DNA of 64,000 nucleotides, from IMG/VR virus record IMGVR_UViG_3300037851_000359, positions 1 through 64,000 of that record; one strand, 5' to 3'. The notes under the pieces were generated by a model. The model did no database searches. It was not told where the DNA came from and worked only from the letters and a program-made list of their open reading frames with translations. Shown here one piece after another: positions 18,475-27,916 of this stretch; the first letter of the stretch is position 1, and each line of letters begins with the position of its first letter. The position numbers and the translations under genes are program-made. Origin of the DNA: a virus.

Positions 18475-19248
18475 TTATAACATCATTTCTAAATTTTCAT
18501 CAAAAATTTCTTCATCTTTCAATTTTTCAGGAAGTTTGAGAATTTTCATTTGTGTTTCAGGATTTTTACCATAGGTCATAATCCATTTAGACAACCATTT
18601 TATATATAAATTTCTACTTTTTTCTCTAAATGTTTCGTCTTTATCACACAGTTTTTCATATTTTTGTTTAATATCTTCTAATTCATCAATTAATAACATT
18701 TTATTATCATTTAATAATTCATGTTTATCTTTATGATCTACTTCGGACATACAATTACATAATACAAAGGCGGCTCTATCAATATCAGTATATTTATCAG
18801 TTTTAACTACACAATCTCTATATAATGATAATGTTCTTAAATATTTTAAATTATATTTTTTCCCAGATAATGTAATGCCCCGCACAATATAATCATCAAA
18901 AATAGGAATATTATAATAATAATCATCTTTCCAAATAATAATTTCCCCATTATTTTTAGTTTTAATAATGGGGAAATTATAATGGGGCAATTGAAGGCCC
19001 AAATGCAATTCTATAATAGGATCTTCAAAATCTCGTTGAGATTCATATTTACTTGGTCCTTTAATAATGCTTTTAACTTGTCGAATAGCCTCTTTTTTCC
19101 TAATTTCAGAATCAAAGATAAAAGTATCATCTTTTATCTTTTTTAAGGCATATCTAGCTAAGGTTCTGGGTTTCATACTTACATTATACCTTATTTGATA
19201 GCATTTTCCAATGCTATCAAATATTGAATATACCATTCTGGCGACCAC
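18475..19248 (-). CDS. Hypothetical protein (start probably at MKPRT)
   Basis: Long ORF. Confidence 0.65.
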   Translation of the reverse strand: MVARMVYSIFDSIGKCYQIRYNVSMKPRTLARYALKKIKDDTFIFDSEIRKKEAIRQVKSIIKGPSKYESQRDFEDPIIELHLGLQLPHYNFPIIKTKNNGEIIIWKDDYYYNIPIFDDYIVRGITLSGKKYNLKYLRTLSLYRDCVVKTDKYTDIDRAAFVLCNCMSEVDHKDKHELLNDNKMLLIDELEDIKQKYEKLCDKDETFREKSRNLYIKWLSKWIMTYGKNPETQMKILKLPEKLKDEEIFDENLEMML

Positions 19249-19400
19249 CGTTCTTTGGTCGATGAATAATCTGCGGTTTCTCTTGCCCCAACAATCAATT
19301 GTCGAGCTAAAGACTTATTCTTATATTTTAGTTTGATTTGTTTAATTAATTTATCTGAATCTTCAATCATTCGATCCAGAAAGTGAGCGGGAGCAACCAT
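19191..19400 (-). CDS. Hypothetical protein
   Basis: RBS and N16 promoter 19456..19483. Confidence 0.65.
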   Translation of the reverse strand: MVAPAHFLDRMIEDSDKLIKQIKLKYKNKSLARQLIVGARETADYSSTKERWSPEWYIQYLIALENAIK

Positions 19401-19455
19401 GGATATTTCCTTTAGGAAAAATGGGTGAATAATGATGATTTCATCATTGAAAATA

Positions 19456-19514
19456 AGTATACCATATTAAAATAAAAAGTCAACTGTTGACTTTGGCATG
19501 ATTCTTGTTATAAT
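19456..19514. promoter_or_regulatory. Back-to-back divergent sigma70-type promoters, both N16
   Basis: Minus: TTGACT(19483)-N16-TATACT; plus: TTGACT(19487)-N16-TATAAT. Confidence 0.8.
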
Positions 19515-19554
19515 TACAATCATCATTAACACTCATTCCATAAGGAGAACAAAA

Positions 19555-19914
19555 ATGAGTCGTTTTGACAGCCTTTTCCGCAATTCTGAGTCATTTTGGG
19601 ATACTGTTGACAGGGTATTCGAAGATGGCAATTATTATTTTAAAAATATCTCTAAAAATAAAGAAGATAAAGAAAAAATTGAACCAATTGTAAATGGCAG
19701 AGTACATGGTGAAGTAAAATATAAAGACGGCAGACCTTCAGAATGGTTTTGGGAAGGAAAACATGTATCAAAAGACGAATATATTCAACTCAAAAATAAA
19801 CAAGAGGATAATACTAGAGTAGGATTTACGTTAAATAATAAAATCTATGCAATAACCCAAAAAACATATAAAGATATTGTAGCACTATTAGAAAAAGATA
19901 ATAGCAATCAATAA
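19555..19914 (+). CDS. Hypothetical protein
   Basis: AAGGAG RBS, start re-called at MSRFD. Confidence 0.7.
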   Translation: MSRFDSLFRNSESFWDTVDRVFEDGNYYFKNISKNKEDKEKIEPIVNGRVHGEVKYKDGRPSEWFWEGKHVSKDEYIQLKNKQEDNTRVGFTLNNKIYAITQKTYKDIVALLEKDNSNQ

Positions 19915-19935
19915 TTTTTAATAATTTAAACAATA

Positions 19936-19967
19936 AAAAACCCCGTAAGTAATCTTACGGGGTTTTT
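19936..19967. terminator. Bidirectional intrinsic terminator
   Basis: AAAAACCCCGTAAG/CTTACGGGGTTTTT. Confidence 0.88.
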
Positions 19968-19988
19968 ATAATTATATTCTAATTATAA

Positions 19989-20207
19989 TCAGATGCTATA
20001 AGCCCAGAAATCGTTCTTGGGTATATTAATAGTTTGACCAGTAACGAGATTGACGGCTACTATTTTTTGAGCAGAGCCAGTGTCAACCTTGGCGGTAACT
20101 TGAAGGGCACCAAACCCAACAATGTTACGAAGGTCATAGAATTTGCTACCAACAGTGGCAGCAGCAAAGGTGAGGTTAGCAACGGGTTTGTAAATGTAAT
20201 CGGCCAT
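19989..20207 (-). CDS. Small, probably abundant virion protein
   Basis: AAGGAG RBS, late promoter 20245..20252, GC-richer codons, Ala/Thr/Val-rich. Confidence 0.7.
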   Translation of the reverse strand: MADYIYKPVANLTFAAATVGSKFYDLRNIVGFGALQVTAKVDTGSAQKIVAVNLVTGQTINIPKNDFWAYSI

Positions 20208-20327
20208 GGTTTTCTCCTTGTGAAAAATGGTTCATTTACAAAAGTATTTATAAAGCATTATTTCAATAACTCTTATATTAAATTTATTTTTAGACGGAAT
20301 TTATAGAAAATATAATAAATATAATTT

Positions 20328-20981
20328 ATGCACGATCATATATTATATAAACAAGTTATTACATTAAAAAGAAATGGATTGTCTATAACACAAATCCATG
20401 ATATTACTAATCTTCCATTAAGTACCATTAAAGATTGGATATATAAAAAAACAAGAATTTCTCAATCCTTTTTTGAAGATTCTTTATCATTTTTAAACTA
20501 TTTAGCAGACGGAAAAGATAGAAAAACTATATATGATTTTTATTCCTTTTTATTAGGATTTTATTTCGCCAATGGCAATATTTACAAACATAACAATACC
20601 TATAAATTGTGCTTCTATATAAATGCAGAGCACTTTAAACAATTTAATAATTTTTTTAAATATATTTTTAATAAAAATTTTAAACTATGTCCAAAAACAA
20701 AAAAATTATTATCTGTCTATAATAAAAATTATATATTATTATTTCCAAAAAATAAACAAATAACGTGGCAAGAATCTATTTTAGATATTCACTATTTATT
20801 TATGGGATTATTAAAAAATCATACTATTAAAAATAATGAAATTATTTTTAAACATGATAATGAGATAATTCAATTATTTAAAGGATGTTGTTATCAATTA
20901 CAAATACCATTTATACATCAAAATAATTCAATTATTATAAAGTATAAAGAAAATATAAAAAAATTATCAAAATACTTATAA
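20328..20981 (+). CDS. HTH plus degenerate LAGLIDADG-like endonuclease
   Basis: N-terminal HTH (GLSITQIH...LSTIKDW); YSFLLGFYFANGNI. Confidence 0.55.
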   Translation: MHDHILYKQVITLKRNGLSITQIHDITNLPLSTIKDWIYKKTRISQSFFEDSLSFLNYLADGKDRKTIYDFYSFLLGFYFANGNIYKHNNTYKLCFYINAEHFKQFNNFFKYIFNKNFKLCPKTKKLLSVYNKNYILLFPKNKQITWQESILDIHYLFMGLLKNHTIKNNEIIFKHDNEIIQLFKGCCYQLQIPFIHQNNSIIIKYKENIKKLSKYL

Positions 20982-21014
20982 CGATAATAATATAAATAAT
21001 TATTAAATAACCAC

Positions 21015-21731
21015 ATGAGGGATTTTATGAAAGAATTTAAAAATATATTAAACAGTTTCTTTAATAGTAATAGTGTTACCCTCCAAGAACATGCCAAATA
21101 TTTAAAAGAAAATAGTATTAATGATGTTTTTAAAAAGAATCTCTTAAAAATATTTGAAGGATTACAAAAAATTGAAAATAATGATGAAAATGGTATTGGT
21201 ATTATTCAAGAACATTTTATGAATTTATCTGAAGTATTTGATTATTATAAAACCAATGATATATCACAAATAGAAATACAATTAGCAGAAACTATAAACA
21301 ATCTTAATAAAGAAAATATGGGTGAGTCTTATACTAATATTATAACTCTATTGGAACAATTACATAATACTAATATTCCAAAACCATTAATTGAATCTGT
21401 CTTAGTGTTCGAATCTGAGAATATTTCTGAACCAGTTCTAAACTCAGAACCAACACCAGAAAAAACCGATGGATTAACTACTCCAACGGAACAAGAAATG
21501 ACTGCTTTAGAAGAAGGATTTAATTCGGGTCGAAAAGCCTGGAAAATGATGAGAGAACAAGGCTTATCAGCTTCCAAATATTCAAGAGAATTAGCAGAGG
21601 AAAAATACTCTGAAAGAACCTATAAATGGACTGAAAATTGGATTAAAGGATTTAATGAAGGTTGTAAATTTGAAGAAATGGTAGCTAAAGATAAAAATCC
21701 AGAATTATTCAAAGATGAAAAAGCCTCTTGA
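21015..21731 (+). CDS. Putative head-associated acidic protein
   Basis: Late promoter 20991..20998; many LxE sites. Confidence 0.65.
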   Translation: MRDFMKEFKNILNSFFNSNSVTLQEHAKYLKENSINDVFKKNLLKIFEGLQKIENNDENGIGIIQEHFMNLSEVFDYYKTNDISQIEIQLAETINNLNKENMGESYTNIITLLEQLHNTNIPKPLIESVLVFESENISEPVLNSEPTPEKTDGLTTPTEQEMTALEEGFNSGRKAWKMMREQGLSASKYSRELAEEKYSERTYKWTENWIKGFNEGCKFEEMVAKDKNPELFKDEKAS

Positions 21732-21803
21732 CTTTTAAAAAACCCCCATTACAATCAAAAGCCTAACGCAACAACAGTTGCCCAACCAAAAAAGGACTTA
21801 CCT

Positions 21804-22346
21804 TTGTTTCCAAATCGTTTTAACAAAAATCCATTACCCCCAAATGCGGTAACTACTCATAGAATCAACGAAAAAATTAAATCAACGAAAGTTGTGTTGA
21901 TTGATTCTGAGGGAAATAACCTCGGAATCGTAGATTCTCAAACTGCACTTATAAAAGCTACCGATGCTCATTTGGATTTGGTAGAAGTAAATGCAAATAC
22001 AAATCCTCCAGTTTGTAAAATAATGAATTATGGTAAATTTGTCTATGAATTAAAAAAGAAAGAAAAAAGTAATAAACAAGGCACTATCGAAACAAAAGAA
22101 ATACGATTCTCTATCGCTATTGCTGATAATGATTTAATGACTAAAGTAAAACAAGCCAAAGAATTTATACAAAAAGGTTGGAAAATCAATCTTAAAGTCA
22201 AATTTAATGGGCGTGAAAAATCTCACCCTGAATTAGGAAAAGAAGTATTATTGAAATTCGCTCAATTAGTTGGCGATGATATTTCAAAAACTGATAAATT
22301 ATCTCTAGATGGAAAATTTATGTCCATGATGATGATGCCAAAATGA
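21804..22346 (+). CDS. infC: Translation initiation factor IF-3
   Basis: INEKI...LIDSEG...LDLVEV...PPVCKIMNYGKF, KEIRF, GREKSH; TTG start; N16 promoter 21728..21755. Confidence 0.95.
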   Translation: MFPNRFNKNPLPPNAVTTHRINEKIKSTKVVLIDSEGNNLGIVDSQTALIKATDAHLDLVEVNANTNPPVCKIMNYGKFVYELKKKEKSNKQGTIETKEIRFSIAIADNDLMTKVKQAKEFIQKGWKINLKVKFNGREKSHPELGKEVLLKFAQLVGDDISKTDKLSLDGKFMSMMMMPK

Positions 22347-22370
22347 TAAATACCTCTAAAGGAAAATTAT

Positions 22371-22874
22371 ATGTCATTTAAACAAAAATTAGAAGAACAA
22401 GTTGGATTTAACTTTGGATTTGCTAAAAATACTATGCTTCCAGTTGAATATTCACAATTTCCATCAACACAAAATACACCACAAGAAACCACAAATACAG
22501 AACCGTTAAAACCAATCATAACACAAGGCGAAACTACCGAATTAAATCAACCAAGAGAAGATAAACAATTAGAAACAAATACCGATCAAACCGCACCCTC
22601 TGAAATAATTGCGGAAATTGGAAGTCTTTTAATTTCAATAGGTTATATCTTAGCATCTAATAAACTTATTGATGATAAATATAACAAAACACAAGTTCTT
22701 GACTATCTTAATAAACAATTTGTTGAAACTACACCACAAGACGAACCTCAATGCACCGAAGGTCAACCTACTACAGGTCAACCTACTACAGATCAACCAG
22801 TGGTAGGCAAACCACAATTCGCAACTGTTTATCTTCAAGAACGACGATCACTAGAACAAAAACTCCTTAAATAA
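22371..22874 (+). CDS. Hypothetical protein with a capsid-targeting-like N-terminus
   Basis: Begins MSFKQKLEE; Thr/Gln/Pro-rich. Confidence 0.65.
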   Translation: MSFKQKLEEQVGFNFGFAKNTMLPVEYSQFPSTQNTPQETTNTEPLKPIITQGETTELNQPREDKQLETNTDQTAPSEIIAEIGSLLISIGYILASNKLIDDKYNKTQVLDYLNKQFVETTPQDEPQCTEGQPTTGQPTTDQPVVGKPQFATVYLQERRSLEQKLLK

Positions 22875-22883
22875 AGATCCACC

Positions 22884-23534
22884 ATGAAAACAGGTTTATT
22901 AATCCTCTCAACTTCAATAATCTTATTAACTATTTTAATGGTTAGTAAATTATGCCCAGAAGAATGTTCTCCAAAATATTTTAAACAATTATCTATTATT
23001 AAAAATTATAATCACACAACAACTATAATTCCTGATAATAAAGAATTGTTTCAAAAATTAGAAAATATTCTTGAAGAATATAATAATATTGAATATTATT
23101 ATTATTACGGTGGCAGACATTATATTAAATTATCAAATGGATTATTACAATATAACGATGAATTATGGAAACCCATAACGGTTACGACTACGGCATACAC
23201 TTGGATGGATGACGGAATCAACCCTAAAATAGGAGCCGGTGATGGAATTACTTCAACTGGAACTAATGCAATCAAGACTTATGGTATCGCCACAGATCCA
23301 AGAGCATTGCAATATGGCACTATGGTCCATATTGATGATTATGGGATAAGTACGGTAGATGATACTGGCGGTTTGCCAAGGCAAAGTTATAAAAAAGGAA
23401 TTGTTCATTTAGATTTAAGAATTCCTCAATTAAAATTTAATAATCAATGGAGAAATATTAAAACTTGCCAGACTATAGCAAGAAAACACGGTATTCAAAA
23501 AAATCGAACCGTTCTCATAAGGGTGAATCCATGA
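22884..23534 (+). CDS. Membrane-anchored 3D-domain (MltA-like) cell-wall hydrolase
   Basis: TTTAYT, GITSTG, IATDP, YGT, VDDTGG, HLDL. Confidence 0.85.
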   Translation: MKTGLLILSTSIILLTILMVSKLCPEECSPKYFKQLSIIKNYNHTTTIIPDNKELFQKLENILEEYNNIEYYYYYGGRHYIKLSNGLLQYNDELWKPITVTTTAYTWMDDGINPKIGAGDGITSTGTNAIKTYGIATDPRALQYGTMVHIDDYGISTVDDTGGLPRQSYKKGIVHLDLRIPQLKFNNQWRNIKTCQTIARKHGIQKNRTVLIRVNP

Positions 23535-23827
23535 ACGCAACTATCATTAATAAAATTTTTAAAAAATCCCCAACAGGTAAAAAAACTATTGAACAAAAAT
23601 TAATAAAATTATCTGAAGAAATTGGCGAATTAAATCAAGCATATTTAAGATTAATAAATCTTAAAACAAAAACTTTAGATGATCCTAAAACATTATTTAT
23701 CGAAGAATCTTGCGATTGTTTTATTGCTGTTTTAGATGTTCTCGCACATAATCAATATAATAAAAATAAAATTAAACAAATATTTAACAAAAAATTAAAA
23801 AAATGGGAAATTTCAAAAAATCGTTGA
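23531..23827 (+). CDS. MazG-like NTP pyrophosphohydrolase
   Basis: KLSEEIGEL...EESCDCFI; start re-called at ATG 23531. Confidence 0.8.
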   Translation: MNATIINKIFKKSPTGKKTIEQKLIKLSEEIGELNQAYLRLINLKTKTLDDPKTLFIEESCDCFIAVLDVLAHNQYNKNKIKQIFNKKLKKWEISKNR

Positions 23828-23926
23828 TAAAAATAAAAATCTTGTTATAATATAATAATGACCGGGATTTAAAACAACTCCGCTTGCTAATCCCACAAGC
23901 TAACTCATTCCTATAAAGGAAAGGTC

Positions 23927-24682
23927 ATGGATATGCACTTAAACTCAATTATCGCAACTATAACCGATCATAATAAAAAATCATACCGGGAATATGATAC
24001 AAAATTATTGGATAATCATCGAAAATGTAAAATATTTATGCCTTTTAATACTGAATATCAATTAATGATTAAAAATACTTCTAATAACAGATTATTATTA
24101 GAAATTGATATTGATGGTACTAATATTACTCAAAATGGATTAATAATTGATAAAAATACTACTTCATTTATCGAAAGATTCGTAAGTACTAATAAAAAAT
24201 TTAAATGGGTCAAATCAAATAATGAAAAAGTGACAGACCCAACAAATCCTGAAAATGGTATTATCAAAATTAAATGCTATAAAGAAAAAGACCAAACTTT
24301 AGTAGATTGGCTCTCCCCATTACATAACCCAATTACTGATTATCCTCCTTATAATTATCCTCCTACTTCATCATATATACCAGAAGTTTGGCCACTGCCC
24401 CGTAGAATGGAGTTTGCATCATCAACAATGGGAACTTTAAAAGGTTCAAAATCATTATGCATGATGAAAGGGGAGTCCTCACAAAATTATACAGCCGAAG
24501 TCAATACAGGAGCAACCGTCGAAGGTTCCCAATCAAATCAACATTTCGGTTCTTCATTTTGGAATGGAAATGATGGTTCCCCAATATATTTCACTTTCTA
24601 TTTATCAGGAACAAACCGTTCGCCAGAAGAAGAACAAGAATATCAAACCTTTTTAAAACTCAAAGAAAAATTTGAGGCTTGA
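23927..24682 (+). CDS. Conserved hypothetical phage protein
   Basis: EYQLMIKN...IDIDGTNI..GLI beta-sandwich-like pattern; N16 promoter 23824..23851. Confidence 0.7.
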   Translation: MDMHLNSIIATITDHNKKSYREYDTKLLDNHRKCKIFMPFNTEYQLMIKNTSNNRLLLEIDIDGTNITQNGLIIDKNTTSFIERFVSTNKKFKWVKSNNEKVTDPTNPENGIIKIKCYKEKDQTLVDWLSPLHNPITDYPPYNYPPTSSYIPEVWPLPRRMEFASSTMGTLKGSKSLCMMKGESSQNYTAEVNTGATVEGSQSNQHFGSSFWNGNDGSPIYFTFYLSGTNRSPEEEQEYQTFLKLKEKFEA

Positions 24683-24719
24683 CTTTCAAAAAAATCCTAT
24701 TATAATTAAACATACATAA

Positions 24720-24795
24720 TGCGGGATAGTTTAACCCGGTAGAATGCAAGGCTCATAACCTTGAGATCTGCGTTCAAATCGCAGTCCCGCTACCA
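24720..24795 (+). tRNA. tRNA-fMet(CAT), initiator type
   Basis: Cloverleaf; unpaired 1:72 (T/T), anticodon arm CAAGG-CTCATAA-CCTTG, TTCAAAT T-loop, encoded CCA. Confidence 0.88.
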
Positions 24796-24800
24796 ATCAT

Positions 24801-24874
24801 GCTCCTATGGTCCAATTGGAAAAGACGCTAGATTTTCAATCTAGAAATCGAGGGTTCAAATCCCCGTAGGAGTA
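24801..24874 (+). tRNA. tRNA-Glu(TTC)
   Basis: GCTCCTA/TAGGAGT acceptor stem, CTAGA-TTTTCAA-TCTAG anticodon arm, GGTTCAAATCC. Confidence 0.9.
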
Positions 24875-24875
24875 T

Positions 24876-24900
24876 ATGGGTTCAAATCCCATTCAGCACT
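24876..24900 (+). pseudogene. tRNA 3'-half remnant
   Basis: ATGGGTTCAAATCCCATTCAGCAC is a T-arm plus acceptor strand with no 5' half. Confidence 0.55.
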
Positions 24901-24903
24901 TCT

Positions 24904-24933
24904 AAAATCCTTAAGATTTTTCTTAAGGATTTT
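24904..24933 (+). terminator. Terminator of the tRNA operon
   Basis: AAAATCCTTAAGA/TCTTAAGGATTTT followed by a T-run. Confidence 0.75.
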
Positions 24934-24961
24934 TTAATTTTTTCTGATAGAATAGGAACTT

Positions 24962-25405
24962 ATGCAAACCCCAGATTCTTTCCAAAAAATTCATGAAATC
25001 CTTCAAACAAAAATTATCAATAATATTCCAGAAGTGTTTAAAATTATTAATACAAAGAATAAGGATGAAATCGCAAAAAATTTAATGAATGGATTATTTA
25101 CAGATGAAATTATTACAGAATTAAATGAAATTGGATTAGAAATTGAAAATTATGAAGGATTTGAAATTAATATATATAATTTAGATGTAACTGATAAAGA
25201 TACCATATTAAAAAATGTAGAATATAAAGATCCTGATTTATTTGGCCAAGAAGTTAAGAAAAAAGTAGAATCGAAAGATAGATATTGTACTTATGCTAAA
25301 GAAGAAGATACAGTTTCTTTAAGACTCTTTGATTTAAAAAATGCTATCACAACTAATGATGTTGACACTATTTCTAAAGAAGATTTTTTAAAGATGATTA
25401 AATAA
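24962..25405 (+). CDS. Hypothetical acidic protein
   Basis: 147-aa ORF with RBS. Confidence 0.7.
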   Translation: MQTPDSFQKIHEILQTKIINNIPEVFKIINTKNKDEIAKNLMNGLFTDEIITELNEIGLEIENYEGFEINIYNLDVTDKDTILKNVEYKDPDLFGQEVKKKVESKDRYCTYAKEEDTVSLRLFDLKNAITTNDVDTISKEDFLKMIK

Positions 25406-25433
25406 TTATAAATATATTTAAAAGGAAATTTCT

Positions 25434-26099
25434 ATGGCAAATAAAGATATTGAAAAAATTGACGAAATGCTCAATGAAAAATTTGGGTTTACAAAAATGT
25501 TGCCATCATTACAAGCCCCTGATGCTCAAATGCATTCTTTTGTAACTGATCGAAATGGAAGAGGATCAGCTACAGCCGGTGGTCATCCTATGGAAGAATA
25601 TCGAAATCATATTAAAGCATTATTAGGAGCATTATCAACGGAAGATCAAGGATTATTAGAAAATGCTATTGATTGGAATGCTCTCAAACGGTTAGCTAAT
25701 AAACATGGATTAAAATCAACTTTTACTGATGCTATTACAGTAATTCAAACAGAATTTGAAACTAAAAAACCAGATTTTGAAAAAATTAAAAAAGAATGGG
25801 AAACTATTCAAGATACTGTACCATTTTGGTTCTTAGGTATGGTTGGAAAAGATATTCCAAAAAATACTCCAAAAAAATTACCAGAAGATGAAAAAGAAGC
25901 ATTAACAAATCTTAAAGATGTTATGGATAAAATTTCACAAATAAGTGGAAAAGAATTTAAAAGAGCATCTTCAAATACTCCAGATGATTCCAAAACAACT
26001 CAAGCAGAAAAAAATATTGACAAAATCAAAAAAGATCATAAAATGGTCAAACCAAAAGCTAAAAAAGAACCTACTTTCCCAGAAAAATCTAAAAAATGA
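25434..26099 (+). CDS. Putative head-associated protein
   Basis: Late promoter 25407..25414; MLNE site. Confidence 0.65.
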   Translation: MANKDIEKIDEMLNEKFGFTKMLPSLQAPDAQMHSFVTDRNGRGSATAGGHPMEEYRNHIKALLGALSTEDQGLLENAIDWNALKRLANKHGLKSTFTDAITVIQTEFETKKPDFEKIKKEWETIQDTVPFWFLGMVGKDIPKNTPKKLPEDEKEALTNLKDVMDKISQISGKEFKRASSNTPDDSKTTQAEKNIDKIKKDHKMVKPKAKKEPTFPEKSKK

Positions 26100-26641
26100 C
26101 ATTTAAAAAATTTTATGTAGCTAAAGAATCTTCTGCTAAAGAAAATTATTTTTGTTATATGTTGTATCCTTCTGAAAATAATACACTCAATAAACTTAAA
26201 AATATTCAAAATGATTTTTATTTAAAAAATTCTAAAAAAGTTGAAAAAAATGAATTCCATATAACCATTCGATATGTTAAATTAAATCCTCTTCAAAATC
26301 CTCATGCATTTATTGAATATATAAAATCATTCCCACTACCAAAATTAAAATCATATATCGTTGGATTTGATTTATTTGGACCAGATAAAGATGCTTTCGT
26401 TGCTAAACTTGATCCGGCACCAATTCAAGATTGGTTTACAAAAATTAACGATTGGTTAACTCAACATGATTATAGACCATCAGATTATCAAATATATAAA
26501 CCACATATCACGTTATTAGAACATTATCAAGGAAAAATACCTCAATTCATACCACAAAAACATCAATTGCCCATAACTCTTGATTTACACAAAGTTTATC
26601 ATAATGATTCTTTATTATTTTCTGCCAATTCTTCCTATTGA
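26096..26641 (+). CDS. 2H phosphoesterase (Acb1/LigT-like)
   Basis: Two HxT motifs FHITIRY and PHITLL; begins MTFKKFYVAKE. Confidence 0.85.
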   Translation: MTFKKFYVAKESSAKENYFCYMLYPSENNTLNKLKNIQNDFYLKNSKKVEKNEFHITIRYVKLNPLQNPHAFIEYIKSFPLPKLKSYIVGFDLFGPDKDAFVAKLDPAPIQDWFTKINDWLTQHDYRPSDYQIYKPHITLLEHYQGKIPQFIPQKHQLPITLDLHKVYHNDSLLFSANSSY

Positions 26642-26695
26642 TTTTAATATTTTTTAAGTTAAAATACTATTGTCACAATCATTTTAAGGAAGAAT

Positions 26696-27670
26696 ATGGA
26701 ATTAAAAATTAAACGAGAATTTAACTATTCTGATGTATATTTAATTCCCAATCAATGTAAAGTGCATAGTAGGACAGAATGTGATACTTCAGTAACATTA
26801 GGCAAATACAAATTTGCCTGCCCTGTTATTCCAGCCAATATGAAAACAATAGTTGACGAAGAAACATGCAAATTTTTAGCAAAAAATAATTGGTTTTATA
26901 TGATGCATAGATTTGATGTTAACCAATTAAAATTTATAGAATCTATGAAAAAAGATGGTTATTATACAAGTATTAGTTTAGGAGTAAATGAAGATACTTA
27001 TCAACAATTAAAAGATATTAAAACTGCTAAATTACATAATGATATTGATTTTATGACCATTGATATTGCTTTAGCTGATGCTCCAAAAGCAGAAAAAATG
27101 ATTAACTTTGTTAAAGTTAATTTTCAAAATACATTTTTAATAGTTGGAAATGTTGCTACAGGGGAAGCGGTGCAACGATTAGAAGAACAAGGCGCAGATT
27201 GTACCAAAGTTGGAATTTCTAACGGATCAGTATGTGAAACATATAAAGCAACTGGTTTCGGTAGACCGCAATTTTCTACAGATTTAGAATGTTGTGAGGC
27301 TGCTACAAAACCAATTATTTCTGATGGTGCAGCGTCATGTGTGGGTGATATTGTTAAATCATTGGTTACGGGAGCAACCTTCAAAATGTGTGGTTCTATG
27401 TTTGCTGGTTATGATGAAAGTGCTGGTGATTTAATAAACATCGAAGGGCATCTAAAAAAACAATATTATGGAAGTGCTTCAAAAGAAAATAAAGGAAAAC
27501 ACTCATTTGTTGAAGGAAAAAGAATCTTAGTAGACTATAAAGGACCAATGGAACAATTATTATATGATATTAAAGCAGGAATAGCCAGTGGAATTAGCTA
27601 TGCTGGCGGAACAACATTAAAAGATTTACAAAGCGTTAAATTTGTGTATTCAACCCCAAGACATTGGTAA
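26696..27670 (+). CDS. guaC: GMP reductase
   Basis: PVIPANM, MHRF, GNVAT, KVGISNGSVCET, YYGSAS, VEGK, SGISYAGG; no CBS domains. Confidence 0.92.
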   Translation: MELKIKREFNYSDVYLIPNQCKVHSRTECDTSVTLGKYKFACPVIPANMKTIVDEETCKFLAKNNWFYMMHRFDVNQLKFIESMKKDGYYTSISLGVNEDTYQQLKDIKTAKLHNDIDFMTIDIALADAPKAEKMINFVKVNFQNTFLIVGNVATGEAVQRLEEQGADCTKVGISNGSVCETYKATGFGRPQFSTDLECCEAATKPIISDGAASCVGDIVKSLVTGATFKMCGSMFAGYDESAGDLINIEGHLKKQYYGSASKENKGKHSFVEGKRILVDYKGPMEQLLYDIKAGIASGISYAGGTTLKDLQSVKFVYSTPRHW

Positions 27671-27673
27671 AAA

Positions 27674-27916
27674 ATGTTCCAAAATCAGAAAAAAGGTTAT
27701 AAATTTGGACCCTTTATTATAATTTTTGATCATTGGCATGATTTTGAAATGAAATTTACTATCATTAAATATGATACAAAAGAAATTATATGGGAAGGGT
27801 TGCAAAGAACTGAACGATTATGTTTAGAAACTGCTTTAGAATATTTATGGGAAAATCAAAAAGATAATAATGATTTTGTAAATGATTTAAAAACTTTTAT
27901 AAAATCATTTAAATAA
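27674..27916 (+). CDS. Hypothetical protein
   Basis: 80-aa ORF. Confidence 0.6.
   Translation: MFQNQKKGYKFGPFIIIFDHWHDFEMKFTIIKYDTKEIIWEGLQRTERLCLETALEYLWENQKDNNDFVNDLKTFIKSFK

Noticed and set aside
20328-20981. Active intron-encoded homing endonuclease
   Set aside because: Free-standing, acidic catalytic residues degenerate (FANG), and no interrupted host gene evident.
22760-22800. 15-bp GQPTT coding repeat (also the PAGDVP repeats at about 43390-43515)
   Set aside because: Ordinary low-complexity linker expansions.
24876-24900. Attachment site of an integrated element at the tRNA 3' fragment
   Set aside because: It abuts tRNA-Glu directly, its acceptor strand matches neither neighbouring tRNA, and no integrase is nearby; more likely a deleted tRNA.
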